Assembly (NCBI GenBank): GCA_009602735.1
Contig: WELA01000395.1
Coordinates: 184,042 to 204,041, forward strand
Direction of reading: 5' to 3'
Origin: Mesotaenium endlicherianum
Lineage: Eukaryota
Length of the DNA: 20,000 nucleotides
In this document: positions 8,921-18,332 of the stretch, in pieces
Layout of the letters: each line of letters opens with the position of its first letter
Numbering within the stretch: position 1 is the stretch's first letter
Notes under the pieces: model-generated
What the model saw: the letters and a program-made list of their open reading frames with translations, nothing else
What the model was told of the DNA's origin: nothing
Database searches by the model: none
Translations under genes and position numbers: made by a program

Positions 8921-10374
8921 GGCTGGTCTTTTCTCTCGACCTTAGGCAGGTGCTTGACCGGACACTGTTCTCTGTAGTGGCCTTTCTGCTGACAATGGTA
9001 GCAAGTAGATTTTGCTGAGGCTGGTCTCGGCTTAGTCCTACCACCACCCCTTCCATAGCCACCTCGAGAGGGACCACCTCTACCTCTAGACTGAATAGCA
9101 TTGTACTCATACTCATATTCATCACCCTGATTATCCTCAGCCTGGTCTCCTTCAACTGCATTGTAGGAACCGTGGGGCTTTTTGACAATCTTAGACACCA
9201 AAGCGTTACTCTGGCGCTTGTGATTGAACTGCTGCTGATCCCAGGCGTCAGCATCCTGGATCAAGTCAGCCAGTTTCTCATACTTTTTCTCAGCAAAATG
9301 ACCAGAGACCTCGGATTTCAAGCCATACCTGAAGTATGCTATCCTATACCGTTCTGGCAAATCAGGCTGCTTCATCATGTTCTCTTGGAACTTTTGAGCA
9401 AACTCAGCAACTGAAGTGGTCTGCTTCAGTGTCAGGGAGATCATCGCATAGATAGCTTTCTCCTGCTGGTTGATGACATCAAACTTCTCATGCAACTTCT
9501 CGACAAACTCTACCCACGTAGGGTCACCGAGTTGCCGAGCCTTACGCTCTTCCTTCCAGTAAAGCCACCAGTCTGCGGCACTGCCTTTCAGTAGCGCACC
9601 GGTGTGCCTGACCTTCTCGTAATCTTGCAGTTCTGGGTAGTTCTCCAGCCACTGCTCAACATCCGCGAGAAACTTGATCAGGTAATATTTTCTGTTTCCC
9701 TCAGGATCATAGTCCTGGGGAGGTTTCGGCTTGGGCTTACTAGGCCCTCGGCCACCACCACTAGTGGTGTGAGACCCCAGTTGGTCTCTGTCCCGGAGTA
9801 GGGACATTATGATTCTTTTGTCCTCCTGCTGGGACTGATACATGGTCGCCATTTGCGACTGCATCTGAACGAACAATGCTCCCAAGTCTACATTTTGGGG
9901 TGGTAGATTAGCAAATGCAGCAGCAGCATTGGCATCTACTCGCTGAGTAGTGTCCTCAACAATCCCTCTTGCTCCTGCAGCAGCAATTCCTGCCGCATTC
10001 AGCCGGTCACGTATTTGACCTAGGGGTACATTGAGTTGTACGGCAGGAGGTGGGTTCAGAACATTGGCCCTTGATGCCATAAGTTCTTCAACAGTGCGCT
10101 CGTCAGCTGGCTGTCCTTCCCTCCTTTGTATATCTTCAGCGGCCTTTGCTACTTGTTCAGCTTCTAGTCTGGCTATCTCCTCCTCAGCTTGCTGAGCTGC
10201 GACTGAGGCAATAGCAGCTGCCTCATCTGCAGCCTCCCTAGCTGCAGTATCCGCTACTGCTTCCGAATAGGTACGGTTTCCCGCTACATGGCTTTCCGCC
10301 TGGTTTTCGACATTCTCGTTATCCTGGTTCTCCATGTCTCGGGAGTTGCTAGTTTGAGACCTTGTCCTTACCAT
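8896..10374 (-). CDS. gag: Gag of element C, 492 aa
   Basis: Retrotransposon capsid-like segment ([30 protein letters not shown]) and CCHC knuckle [14 protein letters not shown]. It starts ~20 nt after the PBS. Confidence 0.95.
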   Translation of the reverse strand: MVRTRSQTSNSRDMENQDNENVENQAESHVAGNRTYSEAVADTAAREAADEAAAIASVAAQQAEEEIARLEAEQVAKAAEDIQRREGQPADERTVEELMASRANVLNPPPAVQLNVPLGQIRDRLNAAGIAAAGARGIVEDTTQRVDANAAAAFANLPPQNVDLGALFVQMQSQMATMYQSQQEDKRIIMSLLRDRDQLGSHTTSGGGRGPSKPKPKPPQDYDPEGNRKYYLIKFLADVEQWLENYPELQDYEKVRHTGALLKGSAADWWLYWKEERKARQLGDPTWVEFVEKLHEKFDVINQQEKAIYAMISLTLKQTTSVAEFAQKFQENMMKQPDLPERYRIAYFRYGLKSEVSGHFAEKKYEKLADLIQDADAWDQQQFNHKRQSNALVSKIVKKPHGSYNAVEGDQAEDNQGDEYEYEYNAIQSRGRGGPSRGGYGRGGGRTKPRPASAKSTCYHCQQKGHYREQCPVKHLPKVERKDQPLKDSNSQ

Positions 10375-10395
10375 ACAAAGAAGACTGTGATAACT

Positions 10396-10407
10396 GCTCC
10401 GATACCA
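10396..10407 (-). promoter_or_regulatory. Primer-binding site (initiator tRNA-Met type), element C
   Basis: The minus strand reads TGGTATCGGAGC, 1 nt after the 5' LTR end. Confidence 0.92.
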
Positions 10408-10408
10408 C

Positions 10409-11153
10409 TGAAATGAATCGACTTACCAAAGAGGCAATTCTCAATTAATAAAGATCTTTATATCAGCAATTGATCTTTATGGTATTTCCGTTAACTAGTT
10501 AAACGGCAAAGGACAATACACTAGCAGGGAATAATACTCGTAAGTCAAATGCGAGTAAACTAGCATCATTAATGCAAATCAATAAACTCATACATAAGCA
10601 AGGTTAGAAGACAGTGCGTATCAATGGCTTCTCGCCTTGGATTCAGATCTCTCTCAGTAAGCTGTACAAGAGAGTTGGCCTCGTTTCCGAATGCCGAACT
10701 CGAGAGCAATGCCTAGCATATGTACATGGAATGAGTTTACTGTTCAACGGTCAGTGCGATGGCACCGCCTACCCGGGAGTTAACCACGTTGGTAGGACCT
10801 CGGTTAACCAAATCCACCGCCATCTCCCATCATCCCGAATAGCCATCCATCATGGGGATGTCATCTGGCCATTCATCTAGCAGGTGGTACTTAGATGCAT
10901 ATCAAGGCAGTTCGCTGCTACCGAGCACGGAAGTCAGCTGGCTGTCAAAGAATGTGTCAGCAAGCTGACTTTAGTTGACTTCAGCCTGCTGCTTTTGGCC
11001 GAGTCATTAGACTGATAATTATGTAAAGTCCAGCAGACTGATTATTAACTAAAGTTCAGCAGACTGACTACTAACTAAAGTTTAGCAGGCTGAACTAAAT
11101 TAACTATTACATTTAAAGGAATATTATATCTACTAATATACTGATTCATTACA
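10409..11153 (-). repeat. 5' LTR of element C (745 bp)
   Basis: Direct repeat of 2334-3053 with one extra 26-bp unit and a 1-bp deletion. Confidence 0.97.
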
Positions 11154-11193
11154 CATACCCGATATAAATATAATTCGAAACGAGTATATTTGT

Positions 11194-12714
11194 ATGCAAG
11201 TGTTGAGCTTTGCCGAGTTTTTGGAACTCGAGTGCATCCATGATTGCATGGTCTTGCACTTTCAGCCGCATGATCCTAACCTTGCAAAGTGTTACGCACA
11301 CTTGGCTCATTTAAAGAGAATGCACATGTGCCTTGCACCAATCTATATTGCTGCATTCGCAAAACGACGCGCGTACGATGAGCCTTTCACTCAATTTCGC
11401 GCGGCATTGGCAATGCAAAATGGGATTCTGGTAAAGGACCTCCATATCTCCCACATTCCTCTTAAGGCGAGGACATTGCTAGTGATGCATAATGCTTCTT
11501 TGGGGCTAAGTATGACGTTTGACGCGAAAGTTTCAGGCAAGTCATGCTTCACCATCATTGATTCAGGCGCGTCAGTGAACTTCATTAGTGCACGTTTTGC
11601 ACAAGGGATGAAGTTGATTCCAACACTCAAGAACGAGGACCTTCGACTTGGCGATGGTTCCTTAGCTTGTACTCTTGGAAAGATAAAGTTGCAGCTCAAA
11701 GTGCACTCATACATCGGCCACGAACAATTTTATGTTACTAAGTTGCCCGTGGGTATTGATGCAATTTTGGGAACAACTTGGCTTACGCAAACAAGTGCAT
11801 TGCTTGACTTCAGTCAAAAGACATGCATTGTACGCAAAGGGACAAGGAAGATCACTCTTCAATCCCTAAAGCCCGATATGGAATTAGCAAGTCCCTCCAA
11901 GACTCTTCTATTGTCCATAAAGCAAGCTAGACGTTTGGCAAAGAAAGGTCAAAATGTTTTATTTGGATTACTACGACCTGATTCCCCAGTCACTACGCTC
12001 TCCAAGGAGGAGCCTACACTCGATTTGACTGGGCATGAAGACACACTTACAGCTGAACTTTCTGCTCTTTTGCAAAAGTACAAGTCAGTGTTTCCAAGTG
12101 AAATACCGCCTGGCCTCCCGCCTGATAGGGGTATTGGACATACGATTCCTCTCGTTCCTGATGCTCTACCAACTTGGCGACCAATTTATCGCCTCAGCCC
12201 GTTGGAGATGAACGAAATGAAAGCCCAAATTAGCAATTTGCTTGAGAAAGGATGGATTGAGCCAAGCTCTTCTCCATTTGGGGCCCCCATACTCTTTGTC
12301 CAAAAGAAAGATGGGACGCTCAGGATGTGCATTGATTATCGTGCGCTGAACAACATAACGGTCAAGAACCGCTATTCGTTGCCTCGCATTGATGACTTGT
12401 TTGATTCGCTGCAGGGGGCATACGTGTTCTCCTCGCTCAATTTAGCCCAAGGCTATCATCAAATACGAATCACACCAGAGGATGCTCCAAAGACAGCGTT
12501 TCGTACGCTTATTGGACACTTCCAATACAAAGTCCTAAGTTTTGGACTGACAAATGCACCAGCGACATTCCAAAGCACGATGAACGATTTGTTTAGACCT
12601 TACTTGGGAAAATTCGTCCAGGTTTACCTCGACGATATCCTCGTCTATTCAAAGAACAGGGACGAGCATTACAAGCACCTCAAGTTGGTGTTGCAAATCC
12701 TTCGTGAGCAAGAG
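11194..12714 (+). pseudogene. pol: Pol of element A (protease plus partial RT), truncated by the gap, probably inactive
   Basis: Motifs [28 protein letters not shown] and YLDD (12625-12636). The first RT catalytic Asp reads Asn ([12 protein letters not shown], codon AAT at 12439-12441). Confidence 0.9.
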
Positions 12715-13534
12715 NNNNNNNNNNNNNNNNNNNNNNNNNNNNNNNNNNNNNNNNNNNNNNNNNNNNNNNNNNNNNNNNNNNNNNNNNNNNNNNNNNNNNN
12801 NNNNNNNNNNNNNNNNNNNNNNNNNNNNNNNNNNNNNNNNNNNNNNNNNNNNNNNNNNNNNNNNNNNNNNNNNNNNNNNNNNNNNNNNNNNNNNNNNNNN
12901 NNNNNNNNNNNNNNNNNNNNNNNNNNNNNNNNNNNNNNNNNNNNNNNNNNNNNNNNNNNNNNNNNNNNNNNNNNNNNNNNNNNNNNNNNNNNNNNNNNNN
13001 NNNNNNNNNNNNNNNNNNNNNNNNNNNNNNNNNNNNNNNNNNNNNNNNNNNNNNNNNNNNNNNNNNNNNNNNNNNNNNNNNNNNNNNNNNNNNNNNNNNN
13101 NNNNNNNNNNNNNNNNNNNNNNNNNNNNNNNNNNNNNNNNNNNNNNNNNNNNNNNNNNNNNNNNNNNNNNNNNNNNNNNNNNNNNNNNNNNNNNNNNNNN
13201 NNNNNNNNNNNNNNNNNNNNNNNNNNNNNNNNNNNNNNNNNNNNNNNNNNNNNNNNNNNNNNNNNNNNNNNNNNNNNNNNNNNNNNNNNNNNNNNNNNNN
13301 NNNNNNNNNNNNNNNNNNNNNNNNNNNNNNNNNNNNNNNNNNNNNNNNNNNNNNNNNNNNNNNNNNNNNNNNNNNNNNNNNNNNNNNNNNNNNNNNNNNN
13401 NNNNNNNNNNNNNNNNNNNNNNNNNNNNNNNNNNNNNNNNNNNNNNNNNNNNNNNNNNNNNNNNNNNNNNNNNNNNNNNNNNNNNNNNNNNNNNNNNNNN
13501 NNNNNNNNNNNNNNNNNNNNNNNNNNNNNNNNNN
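12715..13534. other. Assembly gap (820 N)
   Basis: Run of N. The two flanks belong to unrelated elements. Confidence 1.
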
Positions 13535-15154
13535 CAGGCGTTCGCCCCATTGCGGTGGGGGAGGTGCTGTATCGTCTTACAGCCCGAGCCATAGCCTCGC
13601 AGCTTCGCGAGCCCTTTGAGGCTCACTTCGCTCCGGACCAGTTCGCAGTGGCTTTCCAGGGGGGTGTGAGGCCATTGCCGCGTTCATCCGGACGTCGCAG
13701 GAGGTGGATCCATCCCTATGGGTTCTCCAGGTGGACGTGGCCAACGCCTTCAACACCATCGACCGTGGAGTCATCTTCGACGAGCTTCGTAATAGCACCT
13801 GTTCCAGCCTTATCCCTTTCATGCGGGCATTCTACGGGTCCTTGTCTCCCCTCTACTATGCGCATGTGGATGGGAGTTTGACGACTTTGTCATCCGCTAC
13901 TGGGACCCGTCAGGACGACCCCTTACGAGGGAGCTTGTTTGCTTTTGGACACCTGCGTGCTCTCCGCTTAACCCGACAGGCTTTCCCTGCAGTACATGTC
14001 CCATCGTATGCAGATGATACGCACTTGGTAGGTCACATGGACCAGTTGGGCGCTGCCTTTTCCTCTCTCGAGGTTCACCTTGGCTCCATGGGCCTTCGGG
14101 TTCAGCAGGCCAAGTGTTCCATCTTCCCTCCGCAGGGCATTGCGACCCCAGCTGACTTTCTTCCCTCTTTTGGTCGCTCACCGGAGGGTATCCGTGTCCT
14201 TGGTACCCCGGTAGGCAGTCTCGCCTTTATCCTAGATCAGACACAACGCTTTCTCCAGAGTGTGGTATTGGAGCTCCCCCAGGTTGTAGCCCTAGGGAAC
14301 GCGCAGATCTCGCTTGCCCTCCACACGGCTCGACCAGTTTACCTCTCTCGTACCTTAGTCCCTACCCCCTCCGTTCTTTCAGAGTTTGCTTCTTTTAGGC
14401 AGTCCCTCATTATGGCTCTCTCCAAGTTTCTTGGCCTTGGCCCATTCGACCCTAGCCAGTCTTGGGCTGCCCAGGCCGTGTACCCGTGCTCCATGGGAGG
14501 AGTAGGCTTGGGAGACCTTGCCTTCACCTCATCGGCAGCTTTCTTGGGGTCTTGGGGGGTCATTGCGCACCTTCTTGCGACCCGCTTTGCTGCCGACGAT
14601 GTCCAGATCCTTGCGGCTGCCATAGAGGAAGTGGAGACGGAGACGTTCCCTTTTCAGGCAGCACTTGTGGAGGCTAGGTCCAGCTTGGTAGCGGATTGCT
14701 TGGGGGACGAGCCTCCAGGATTGGACTTTTCTTCGATGGTGGAGCAGGGGGACAGGGGCTTGCAGGCCATTCTCGCTCGAGCCCAGCTGGGTTCTCGCAT
14801 GCACGGCCTGTTAGCTCAGAGCACCTCGGCTGACCGCGCCCGCATTCGTTCCTGCGGCGGACCTAGCGCAGGTGCCTGGGTGCAGGCCCTTCCCACTCGC
14901 CCAGCTTTGACATTCCAAGACTCAGAGTTTTGCACTTCCCTCCGTATACGACTAGGCAATACACACCCGTGCCTTGCTGGCCTAGTTTGTGCGTGTGGGG
15001 ATGAGGCATCTACTACACATGTCTTGAGGTGTGCACGAGAGAAGCAGCGCACAGCAACCCATGACGTTGTCCGGGATAGCGTCGCCATGATCGCGAGGAG
15101 GTCACATGTTGCGGTGGTCTTGGAGAAGGGAGGCCTACTCCCTCTTCTTCACTC
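13535..15154 (+). mobile_element. Degenerate non-LTR retrotransposon fragment, CRE-like (RLE-type) RT plus zinc finger
   Basis: Motifs RPIAVGE, QFAV..GGCE, VDVANAFNTIDR, GTRQDDPL (canonical QGDPL), YADD, MGGVGL, GAWVQALP and CACG..HVLRC..HDVVRD. There is a 1-nt frameshift near 13655. The frame is cut at 15154 before the expected PD-(D/E)xK nuclease. Confidence 0.85.
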
Positions 15155-16007
15155 TGTCATGATTTATTGAGTCGAGGTTGTCGCATGAAACCGAGCTCCA
15201 CATGTGTGAACCATCAACCTAGGAAGGCCGACTTTGCATAGACTTTACGCATCCATACGTTGACCTTTTCTCTATTTCCAAGTCACCAAAGTGTAGCGCG
15301 TTGAGTCACCTTCCAAATGGCACCGGGTTCGCGTCATTTGGTCAAGTATCGAGCGAGATATGAGCGATCTAGTCCGCGTCACCTACCGGCCCCTAGCGGA
15401 TCCTCACCAAAGGGCAATTTGTGTTTCAATGTGCACAAGGGACACATTCTTGTCTATTCGTGACCCCCTAAAACCCCTAGCTTGTGCGCACAAATCCGCG
15501 AGTCCCTTAGCCTACATAAGCTTTGCATTTCCAGTATATGTGCATCATTGAGGCTATAACTTGGTGACTGCATCACCTACTCCTAGAGGAAGCTTCCTCA
15601 ATTTCCAGATCCACTTTTGAGGTGCTATCTAGGTAGAATCACCCAAGGTAAGCTCGGCCAATAAGAGACACATAGCATATTCTACGCACCTTGCTTTGAT
15701 TGGTTTGAGTGATGCTTAGCCTATAGGAGTGCTAGTACATGCCTTGTACACATTAGTGGACATAGGAGAGCCTCCTAGAGTGACTACATGCATTGGATCC
15801 GCCGCATACCCCGCCGGATTACCAGGAGTATAAGTACTAGAGATGTCCCTAGAAGAGACATCTTTTAGAAGTCCATTATGCCAGGTGTAAGTAACAGAGA
15901 TTGTCAGTAAAGATTACACTTTTATCTCTTGTATTTTTAGGACGACTTAGTTACTCTCTTGTGAGGAGCAAGCCCTCCAGGCTTCCAGTCACTTGAAGAA
16001 CTTCACA
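15155..16007 (+). repeat. Putative 5' LTR of element B
   Basis: TGTCA...TCACA termini, with TATAAGTA at 15829-15836 about 170 bp before the end. A related copy lies at 1-283. It is followed by AG and then TGGTGAGC. Confidence 0.6.
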
Positions 16008-16032
16008 AGTGGTGAGCAAAGTCACAGCTTAA

Positions 16033-16078
16033 CACTAGGTATCCCATCGGACCATATATGGTCCTCGGACCATATATG
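16033..16078 (+). repeat. Left TIR and subterminal palindromes
   Basis: TIR at 16033-16046, perfect palindrome GGACCATATATGGTCC at 16049-16064, and a partial copy at 16067-16078. Confidence 0.9.
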
Positions 16079-16319
16079 TTCTAGCTAACCCCCATTTTTC
16101 AGCGCTGACCTCCAGGGTGCTACAGTTGACCAACTGGTACAATCTATGGCTCAAACGAACCGTACAGACTTGAACCTTAGGCGAAAAAATGCAAAATAGC
16201 CTTCCGATCATTAACGACAAAGTTAGAGTCAAAAGAAGGAGGTTCAAAGTTCAGGTTCACAACGAAATTTCAAGTGAAAAGTCTGTCATACCCGAGGTCA
16301 CTAAAAAGCTCTTAGAGCC

Positions 16320-16904
16320 ATGGCTTCGTCTTCAAATGCGCCAAAAATAGTTGTGGGTGGTAAATTACTCATCCCTGCCACCTTCTGGGGAGATGCATGG
16401 GCGAAAAAGACATTTGGACAGTATTGTATAGAATTTTTCTTAGTCGGAATTGTGAGAAAAGAGGTTGTGAGGACTAAAAAGGAAAACTCATGGCTCATAG
16501 AAGTGTTGTCTGACAAAGAAAAGAAGCAATGGGAGGCATGGCAAGTCAAGCAGTACCTATCTACAGTGCCTGAAGAGTCCTGGTTTTATTCCGAGCCGCA
16601 TGTAGTTCGTTTTGGCTTGGTTTCCTCAGGGGCCTCTTTCCTTTCAAATTCAAGGGAGAATGAGGGTCACAGTCTAATATCGTCCTCCCAAGATCCAAAT
16701 AATGACTCACAGCCAAGGTCTAGTGATGGTGAGGAGGATAAGGAGGATGAGGAGGAAGAGGAGGAGGAGGAGGAGGAGGAGGAGGAGGATATTGTGAGGA
16801 AGAGGGGCAGGCCTGACACCGGAAGAGGTAAGCAGCTGATGCTCATTGTTCCTACTGTTAAAAATGAGAAAAGGGAGAGGAGGAGAAGGGCAACTGCTCC
16901 ATAA
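16320..16904 (+). pseudogene. N-terminal remnant of the piggyBac-like transposase gene (beta-rich N-domain plus acidic linker)
   Basis: 194-aa ORF on the same strand, upstream of the transposase C-terminus, with poly-Glu from a GAG triplet run. A possible donor AG|GTAAGC lies near 16828. Confidence 0.6.
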
Positions 16905-16919
16905 TCATAATTTCTCCTT

Positions 16920-17473
16920 AACCATAACTTCTCCAAACATTGTGGTGCACTACAAAACACACAAAGACGCTGTTGATCAATTTTACAAACTCTGTGTGAG
17001 TGATAAGTTCTTTGTCGAGACTTCTGCTGTGAGCTTAAAGTGGTGGCACAAACTATATTGGGGTCTATTTGATGCTGCCCTGGGCGATGCCTACATCCTN
17101 CCTCTACAACCTGGCCCATCTTGAGAGTGACAGGTATCCCTTCATGTTAGATGTTGTAGCGGAGATGACAGACTTCCATGATCCACATAAGGGGAGGCGC
17201 TTTCGCTGGAGTGCGGGGCGGGCTGGGATTGACTGGTTCCTAGGGAGACACTTCCCTGAGCACCTTCCAGGAGGCTCTAAACCAGGATGTGTAGTGTGCA
17301 GGAGCAAGTTGTATGACCTAGGCCATGAGAAGAGTAAGGTGAGGCCTAGCTATTGGTGCGCAACGTGTGGAGTAGCGCTTTGCCCCGCGCCTTGCTTTGA
17401 GGAGTACCATACCAACAGGCACATAGCACATGTAGATAGTGGCCCCTACAAGCTGAGTAGCAGTAAGAAGTAG
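16920..17473 (+). pseudogene. C-terminal remnant of piggyBac-like transposase with Cys-rich domain
   Basis: PNIVVHYKTHKDAVDQF..KWWHKLYWGLFDAALGDAYILY resembles the piggyBac pattern YN..MGGVD..DQ..KWW.K....D.A..NAYI. The CRD reads HFP..CVVC..YWCATCGVALCPAPCFEEYH. Confidence 0.88.
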
Positions 17474-18115
17474 GACTGTAGAGCAAAGGAACTGCAACAA
17501 AAACATATATGAAAGACATTGTGCTCCATAAACAGTTCAGCTTCATGTGTGCAAAGCTGTCGATTCTGCGATATTTTGCAACTAATAATTCATTTTTGAT
17601 CATTTTAATTCATTATTTTGTATATGAATATTTTTTTGTAAGTAAAGTAAGATCTTACTTTCAAGCTCCACTTTACAGATTACTATTTGCATGTGTAAAG
17701 AATAAATTATGAATTATTAACTGTGATGCTTTGGTGCATGAGGCACTAAAAAGTACGAAAAATACCCGGACCCCATATGGTCCACTAAGTACAGAGTGTG
17801 CCTCCACAAAGCTACTGATTAGAATGAAGTGAAATCTGTTTCATATGATAGGTAAGACACATGCCTACCCCAGATTAAATCAACAACTACTGGTTCAAAT
17901 CCAAATTCATAGTGTGTGCAGGTAAAGTTGCCCCTATTTGCTCGTTTCTTGTTACCGTACACACCTTGTACGGAAAGTACACCTTACCTTTCCGAAAATT
18001 GCGGGCCACATGGCCAGTGCAATACTTTGTGATGTAAGCTCTTTAATGGTCTATCACACATAGTCATAGCTTCAGTGGTTATTTCAATATAGTGTGACTT
18101 AGGAGGTGCATTATT

Positions 18116-18151
18116 GGACCATATATGGTCTTTTCCTTGGGAGACCTAGTG
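18116..18151 (-). repeat. Right subterminal palindrome and TIR
   Basis: GGACCATATATGGTC at 18116-18130 and TIR TGGGAGACCTAGTG at 18138-18151, followed by TTAA. Confidence 0.9.
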
Positions 18152-18332
18152 TTAAACCCTTGCCATAGGACTACTCTGAAGATCATGATGTGCTTCCAGT
18201 GATCTTTTGGGCCATACTTCATTAGTTGTTTTCCTACCAGATTACAGTCTTGAGGTGCTCACTCTGGAGAGTACACTTCCCTTACTTCTGAAAGATCTCT
18301 CTTTGCCTTCAAGCAATTAGAACCTTCAGCGT

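Larger units (their letters stand above)
2334..11153 (-). mobile_element. Full-length chromovirus (Ty3/gypsy) LTR retrotransposon C, 8820 bp, with an extra ORF
   Basis: Two TG...CA LTRs (2334-3053, 10409-11153) and a 5-bp TSD CATAC (2329-2333, 11154-11158). PBS, PPT, intact gag and intact PR-RT-RH-INT-chromodomain pol are all present. Confidence 0.98.
411..12714 (+). mobile_element. Ty3/gypsy LTR retrotransposon A (interrupted by element C; 3' part lost in the assembly gap)
   Basis: LTR at 411-1347 and PBS at 1349. The internal region is contiguous across the CATAC TSD of element C. Protease followed by RT (gypsy order) at 11194-12714. Confidence 0.85.
16033..18151 (+). mobile_element. piggyBac-like DNA transposon, internally deleted (2119 bp)
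   Basis: TTAA TSD at 16029-16032 and 18152-18155. The 14-bp TIRs CACTAGGT(A/C)TCCCA match at 13/14. Transposase C-terminal motifs and a Cys-rich domain are present. Confidence 0.92.

Noticed and set aside
11194..13881. 895-aa ORF apparently fusing a gypsy RT to a LINE RT, and other X-filled ORFs
   Set aside because: Artefact of reading through 820 Ns. The flanks are different elements, and the gap is too short to hold A's missing RH/INT/LTR, so its size or the join is uncertain.
1..15928. Possible giant TIR element bounded by the inverted repeats at 1-283 and 15647-15928
   Set aside because: The right copy is internal to a putative LTR and the copies are clearly diverged. Two independent LTR insertions explain it better.
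17095..17105. Apparent frameshift in the transposase C-terminus
   Set aside because: It coincides with a single N flanked by a duplicated CCT. Removing NCCT restores AYILYNL in frame, so it is probably a contig-join artefact.
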